A stretch of 64,000 bases of DNA from assembly GCF_009914755.1 (NCBI RefSeq), contig NC_060936.1, one strand, 5' to 3'. The DNA is from the human T2T-CHM13v2.0 reference genome, Homo sapiens. Shown one piece after another: positions 51,937 through 64,000 of the stretch (position 1 is the first letter of the stretch; every line of letters begins with the position of its first letter). The position numbers and the translations under genes are program-made. The notes beneath the pieces were generated by a model that made no database searches, was not told the origin of the DNA, and was given only the letters and a program-made list of their open reading frames with translations.

Positions 51937-53383
51937 TTAGAATTATGCACCAAACTGAAAGCTTTACTTTTACAAATGAAATGCTCCAAGTAGGAAAAAC
52001 AGAATGGTATGGCATTTTGTCTGCTCTCCTAAAAAGTAGCCAAATTGCAATCCAAATTTCTTTTAGCAGCACATACCCGGAGACAACTGCAAAATGCGTC
52101 AGGGAAAGAATTACAAAGAAATGAAAAATTCCTAATTCAAGATCCAGAAACAGCTCATCAGTTTTAATTTCAATGGAAAGATTAAGGGAAAGAATTAAAG
52201 AAAATTAGCCTTTCAGGGTTGGGTGGGAGCTGACAGATAATGTACTTCAACCCTTCCCCTTTTACAGATAAGAAAACTCCAAAGTGAAATTCTCTGGTAG
52301 AGGTGAGGCTGAAGAAAGCCGAAAAACAAGTTACGATTTTGTGGCTTTGTCCTCAGCCTGCCAAGGTAATTTTTCAGATTGTAAACATTTTCCCTAGACA
52401 TCAACACTCTGCTGTCTGAGAATTGTGTCTATTCCCCAGAGTGTTTCAACAAGAATAGCTATGGGAGGAATTCAAAAGACACAGCCATCACCCTTGACTT
52501 CAAAAGCCTTCTAATCTCCTTCTAACACAGACGTAATAATCAGAGCAACTCACTACCAAACCGCCTAGTGCTAAGTGGTACACAGTGAGAAACAGGAAAA
52601 GTCAGCCTAAAGCAGCCTAACGGGTAAGAGCCAGGTCTGGGAAAAGCAGAGCAAAAGTATTTAAATGGAAAGCAATGTGATCAAAGTGATGTTTAGGATG
52701 ACAGTAAATGTGGCAGGAGCACACTGGACAGCTTACACAGGAACAAGCTCAAAGCCAGGTACTGGGCTAGGAAGCTATTTGACAGTAAACCAGACTTGAG
52801 GAAGGCCTGGAGTGATACAGCAGTAACAGTTGGGACCTAGGAAAGGAAAAATGCAGGGGCTATTGTCGGGGGGAAACAAAACCAGGCTGGGTTTTCACTG
52901 AGCTGATCATCCACCACAGCCACTTCCCTAGTAAACCAGGGACTCTGAAGGGGAGGGGAGGTGACACAGAGCTAGGTTCCTAGGCTGTCTTATGTGTCAT
53001 TTCAGACTCCAAATTCGACTAAATCATCTGATAGACACTGAAAGCTTTGTGCTTTCAGATCACCAGGCCCTCCCTGATTAAGATTTCCTAGACTGCACCC
53101 AATGTAATTTTCCTATGTGCTACTGCAGGACATTCTGTTCATGTTGGTTAGATAGAAGGAGCCTGGATAAAAATCTAAGTGGAAATGGAACATGGTTCAA
53201 CATCGACAACTCAGCTGAAAATCAGATCCTCATATACAGAGGAGAGCTAACACCTGTCCACTCATGCCAGACGAGACACATGGTGGGCTGTTGCTAATTC
53301 CTTTCCTCTAATTCCCTTCCTCATGGCCCTGAGCCCACTGCTAAATGCAGAGAGACGAATTTATTTTTGCCAGAGTCTCTTAC

Positions 53384-53537
53384 CCTTCCAACGCATGTGT
53401 GAAAGTGGCCTCTCTCCAATGCTGGGGGCATGTAGCCGGGCTGAAGTAAGAGACCCTTGGCAGGCAATTGAGCATCCACGTTCCTTAGCCCAGCTGTTAT
53501 TGCCAGACTTTCCCAGCTGACTACCAGGGCCATACAT
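53384..53537 (-). CDS. CORO1C: Alternative upstream exon encoding N-terminal extension MYGPGSQLGKSGNNSWAKERGCSIACQGSLTSARLHAPSIGERPLSHMRWK(DT)
   Basis: ATG at 53537-53535 (A at -3), 51 open codons plus G, donor G|GTAAGA. Splicing to exon 2 (ACACG-ATG) gives GAC ACG ATG in frame, a 53-aa extension. The internal ATG at 53396 gives MRWKDT, a 6-aa extension. Both agree with N-terminally extended CORO1C isoforms as I recall them. The 5' end of the exon is not determinable. Confidence 0.85.
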
Positions 53538-54791
53538 TTTGAGTCTTTGGTAGAGGAGATGGCAAATGATTCGTGGCCAGGGTCCTTCATTTTGGAATCA
53601 ATATGAATACTTCTCAAGCGTGAGTTAGATAAGACAGCTTCCATGAGGTGGTGAAAAGCAAAAGGAAAGCACATCTATACAAAAGCCAACGTACAGCCAG
53701 CTGGTCTTGGGCTCCACTTCCCCACACAACCATCTGCAACCATCTGTACAAGTTATAGAAGCTGCAATCCCTACCAGCATCTTCAAGCAAGTGTTTCAAA
53801 AGTAAGCTAATGTAGAAGAAAAAAGGATTGCACCATGTCAGAGTTAACATCCTTCATAAATAAAACGTTCTTACAAATTCATACAATTAAAACCCAACAG
53901 AAAATTAGACAAAGGATATGAAGAATTTACAAAAGAAACACAAACAGCACTTATCTCCACTCCTTCCTAAAATCCTAATAAAATGAAAGCAAAAAATAAA
54001 AGCAGGTAAAAACATGAAAGGACAAGAGGACTGGAAAAGAGGCTACAAGAGAGCAAATGTGACAATAAACTTTCGAAGATGGAAAGCTGTCATGCACGTG
54101 TAACTGACTGAAGTGTGAGTGTCCTCTACTCAGCTGAGTCTCAGGAGGAGCGCACAAAAAGGACATCAAGGCCCACTGTGAATCCCCAGAACACTCCAAG
54201 GAGAAACTGTGTGTCTCCAAAGACAGGGATGTGGGAGAGGGACTACAGAGAAAATGACTGAAAGCCTGAATTAGGAGCAGCTGGACACCCAGATCCCAGG
54301 GCTGCACAACCAGGGTACTGGCCTGCCCTCTCCCCAGCAGAAGCCAGGAGAGGCCTGACTATGGGCCCTGGACTGGATGACACCCAGCACAGGTGTGAAC
54401 AGATGCCTCACTGACAGCCTGGTTCTATACAGTGGGGCCTCCAGCCCCTTGTTCCTCCTGGCTCCCAAGATACCACCTGCCTTACCCCACAAGAGATCAG
54501 ACATCACTGCCCTCAGTGAGGTCCACCATTCAATGTGCCCCTCCACTCACACAGGCATAAGGTCAGCTTTTAGAACCTCACTTTTAAATGTGAATGGATA
54601 TTTGAGGAAGGCCTCTCACTTGAAAAAGAGAGACGATTTTTCCTCTTCACTCAAATAGGCCAGATACCATCTAACCTCATAAAAATAGGAAGATTAATAT
54701 AAATATGTAAAATGCTTTGTCTTCATTGAAAGATACTATACAAATCTTCTGGCTGACATACATACTAAACTACCTTAAAAAGTGATTTCCA

Positions 54792-55092
<301 letters not shown>

Positions 55093-55792
55093 TTATGCAT
55101 ACTTATTTTCATCCTAAATACATGTGGATAGAATGATATAGAAGTTCTTTTGCTACAATCACAGAGTAGAATGTTAGCTACAGGGCAGAGACAGTAAGAA
55201 AAGCCAGTGCTTCCGCAGTGCTGTGCTGAGTCAGGCATCTCTAAGCGGAGCTTGAAGGGCAGTGTGAGCCCATTCACTTCCAAGGTCAAATCTGATCTGG
55301 GCTCACCTGTGTACATGTGGCATAGCCGCTTTTCTTGCACAGAATGTCTCAGGCCCTCCAGGCACACAATAGAGTATAGCAATTAAGAGAGCAAACTCCA
55401 GAGTCAGACAGCCTCGTAAGTGAGAAGCACAGCTGTACTATTTACTTCCTGGCCGTGGTACAGTACAGCAAGTCACTAAGTCTCCATTAAGTGTAAAATT
55501 CTCTATCCAAAAATGGGTACAATGCATATAAAGTTGAAGTGATCATTAAATGATCAATTGGTGATGGGATGGTGGCAGGAGATTCTTATGCTATAATAGT
55601 ACCTTGTATGGTTAAATACACAAAATTAATCACTCAATAAATACTAGCTACTATTGTCATCCTAGTAACTGACATAAGATAATTTGGATTCAAATCTGAG
55701 CTCTGCAACATATTAGCAAATTACTTAACCTCTCTGAGCCTCAGTTTCCCATTCACAAAATGAAGGGAATGATACCTGTAATAAGAATGTAG

Positions 55793-59810
<4,018 letters not shown>

Positions 59811-60922
59811 AAAACTATAAAGTACTCAGCATAGAATCTGAAGCATAGTACATACTGTCTAACAAATGTTGGCAATTATTATTTAAGAGCCCAGTAATAG
59901 CTTTTCCCTATCCAGGGAGAAAACCTAAGCAAGTCCCTACTGATTATGGGCTAAAAGTAGAATTTTCATATAAAAGAACCGGCACCACTTATCAAGGACT
60001 CTTTACAGAATTTTATGTTCTCCCATTTCAGCACGGTATTTCTGCAGTTTAATTTCTCTGCAAACAAAGGAAAAATTGGGAACTATCCCAAACACAAAAA
60101 CTTCCTCTTCTTAAGAGAGCTGTCTGCATTGTCAAATGGTATTAGTGTTTTACCACTTTAAAAACTGTTCAGTTTTAACCTTTAAATTAAGATGGCATAT
60201 CACCAAACTTAGGAGTTCTGTTATCAGCTATATTGTCCCAAACTGATCAAATCATAAATTAGATGACTAAAATGTCCCCCTAAAACTAAAGCATTTTATA
60301 AAGGGATCTAATTTTCTCAAAAAAGAAAAAAAAAGAGTAAATGAAAAAATCCTGAACTAACACAATAGGCACAAATTCCAAGGAAATACTAGGTATGATT
60401 TTAAATGTCCTGTCAGAGAGTGGTTCAACTTTGGAAAAGCTGCTTGCTCATTAGGTCTTTCAAGTACAAGTTCTTAAAACTGCATAGGCTTTCCCTGGCT
60501 TGCAACAGTAAGATCATCTCAGTAATAAAGAGGAAGACGATGTAGCAGTAAGTTATTCACTAAGCAAATCAAAGGAATATTTACAAGTTTCAAAATAAAC
60601 TTACTTTCAATGGGAGATAATGCAACAGAGTTTTTAACCTCTACAAAACATGGGAAATACAAACCTTACTTGTCTTTTTAAGATGTAATTTATCACTCTC
60701 CTCCTATTTTCCAATACAACAGCAACTATTCTAGAATGGTTTTTATTATAATAAAAATTGATACACCTTTGAGACAATGCAGGAATAGGTTGAGAACACA
60801 GGCTCAACTATGAGATGCTCTCTCTGGGCGTTGGTTGAAACCTCTATCTTAGAAACATGGACAGTTGTCTCCCTCACCAAGTTTTCCAGGTGATACTGAA
60901 GGCCAAAAAGGAGGATTACGGG

Positions 60923-61002
60923 CTGCTCTGCCTATGGAGTAATCATTCTTTTATTCCTTTACTTTCTTAATAAACTTGTTTTCACTTTAAAAAGAAAAAA
61001 AA
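60923..61002 (+). mobile_element. Retroposed LTR R-region fragment (MER41-like) with poly-A and TSD
   Basis: CTGCTCTGCCTATGGAGTA..CATTCTTTTATTCCTTTACTTTCTTAATAAACTTG.TTTCACTTT followed by an A-tail; TSD GGATTACGGG at 60913-60922 and 61004-61013. Confidence 0.8.
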
Positions 61003-61123
61003 TGGATTACGGGACAGGTTTTGACTATCCAGCAACTGTCATAATAAATTTTTAATAAGGAGATAACACACTCCTCTTTTTATCTTCAAATAAAATGTAA
61101 AAGCTGATAACTAATATTCATAA

Positions 61124-62302
<1,179 letters not shown>

Positions 62303-62890
62303 TTATAAGCTACATAGGAAACATGTAGGGTGTTAGGAGGAAAAAATGCAGACAAGACAGGGTATTTATATTGCAACAGCACCAAATAAAATACACTCAA
62401 AACACCTGAGTAAATGTTACATTTTCTCTATTCTACTTCCATCTCATAAAAAATGACAATTTTGACATTTTTCCTGTTTATTGAAAAGCTATCTGTTTAA
62501 AGATTCCAGCAGATGTACTTCTATGGTTCATATGAAAGGAAACACATCCTGCTAGGAACACATACAGGAAAACCCCTACTAGTAGCAAAATCCTGCTCAG
62601 CCCATTTGCTGAGACCATTCCAGGGCGTCGATTACTCAAGCGTTCAGTGGGCAGAGAATGCTCCCTCAGCCAGTGGCAACCACAAGACTCTAAAATGTCC
62701 CATTAGAGGAAAGACCATGTTTCCTCCAAGCCACTGTTACCTGTATGGCAGGTACTTTAATGTAGAAGAGATCCGATGTGTTATTCAATAGAAAAAGGCA
62801 GGTAAGACAGCAGATGAGGAGACAAATATCCTAAACTCAGTTATTTAAATGACAATGCCAACAGTAAAAAATTCCTTTTAAGAAGATGGA

Positions 62891-63534
62891 GGCCGGGCAG
62901 GGCGGCTCACACCTGTAAATCCTAGCACTTTAGGCAACTGAGACAGGTGGATTGCCCGAACTCAGGAATTCGAGACCAGCCTGGCCAACATGGTGAAACT
63001 CCATCTCTAGTAAAATACAAAAAATCAGGTGGGCGTGGTTGCAGGTGCCTGTAATCCCAGCTACTCAGGAGGCTGAGGCACGAGAATTGCTTGAACCCAG
63101 GAGGTGGAGGTTGCAGTGAGCCAGGATTGTGCCACTACACCCCAGCCTGAACAACAAGCGAAACTGTCTCAAAAAAAAAAAAAAAAAAAAAGGAAGTGGG
63201 AAATGTAATAATATATAAGCCTACATAGAATACACATTCACGAGAGAGCAGACACCCAAAGCAAATATAGGAGGTACTCTGATTAAATATAAAAATTTGG
63301 CCGGGCACGTTGGCTCACGCCTGCAATCTCAGCATTTTGGGAGGCTGAGGTGGGAAGATCGCTTAAGGCCAGGGGTTCAAGACCAGCCTGGATAACATAA
63401 TGAGGCACTGTCTCTAAGAAGGCTGATGCAGGAAGACTGCTTGAGCCCAGGAGTTTGAGGCTGCAGTATGCTATGATCATGCCACTGCACTCTAGCAAGA
63501 TCATGTCTCTTTAAAAAAAAAAAAAAAAAAAAAA
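62891..63534 (+). mobile_element. Two Alus: 62891-63191 and internally deleted 63299-63534
   Basis: GGCCGGGC starts and poly-A ends. Confidence 0.93.
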
Positions 63535-64000
63535 ATCATCATTTCCGAATATGAGATAGCTGAGCTTTTTCAAATTTTCTAAATTAAATCCAGCAGTGAC
63601 ACTCAAAGAAAGAATTTACCTAACGAATTGCATATTTCTACTGCATGCAACTCTTTAACAGATTCATACATGAGACATTCCAAGAAAAAAAAACATGCCT
63701 TACCTATTTTAATAGAAGCTGTTTTTAAAAGAGGAAGAAAAAAGACCACATGCAACATTTGCTATAAAGCACAGCAAAATGTCAGATACACAACAGATCT
63801 CCTCATACACAGCAGTTTTGGCTGAAAGAGATTTGTATTCCACTGCTGATATGGACTTGTTGAAAAAAATGTTTTTTCTAGAAAAACTATTGACCACTTA
63901 GCATGGCCGACTGACTGCAAGTATGAATAGCCTTGATGTTGGTTCAATTGATTATAACACCAGGAATGGTAAAAATTAAGGGAAAAAAATTCACATGTAT

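Noticed and set aside
53321-53674. 117-aa minus-strand ORF over the alternative exon
   Set aside because: Different frame from the one that splices in frame to exon 2; no recognisable homology.

Overview
Great-ape (most likely human) genomic DNA lying inside the coronin-1C gene (CORO1C) on the minus strand. Seven coding exons can be read with GT-AG boundaries and a continuous reading frame: 51712-51906, 28849-28971, 12609-12738, 9321-9502, 7887-8006, 4932-5036 and 2872-3017 (codons 1-333 plus 2 nt). An upstream alternative exon (53384-53537) adds an in-frame 53-aa or 6-aa N-terminal extension. The rest is intronic and rich in repeats: about 30 Alus, an SVA, several old L1s, a Tigger1 with nested L1PA and Alu insertions, MIR/L2 remnants, an MaLR LTR and a U7 snRNA retrocopy. 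The most notable structures are: (1) a ~99% identical 313/314-bp non-Alu inverted repeat in intron 4; (2) a 251-nt exon 7-8 circle, bracketed by inverted Alus, whose ORF stays open for more than two laps (175 aa); (3) a ~200-bp direct duplication bracketing exon 8; (4) a tiny polyadenylated LTR R-region retrocopy with a target-site duplication (TSD); and (5) two near-identical extended CArG boxes in intron 2. No prokaryotic-type system (CRISPR etc.) is present. Exon numbers follow the usual CORO1C annotation as recalled, and repeat subfamily names are by eye.
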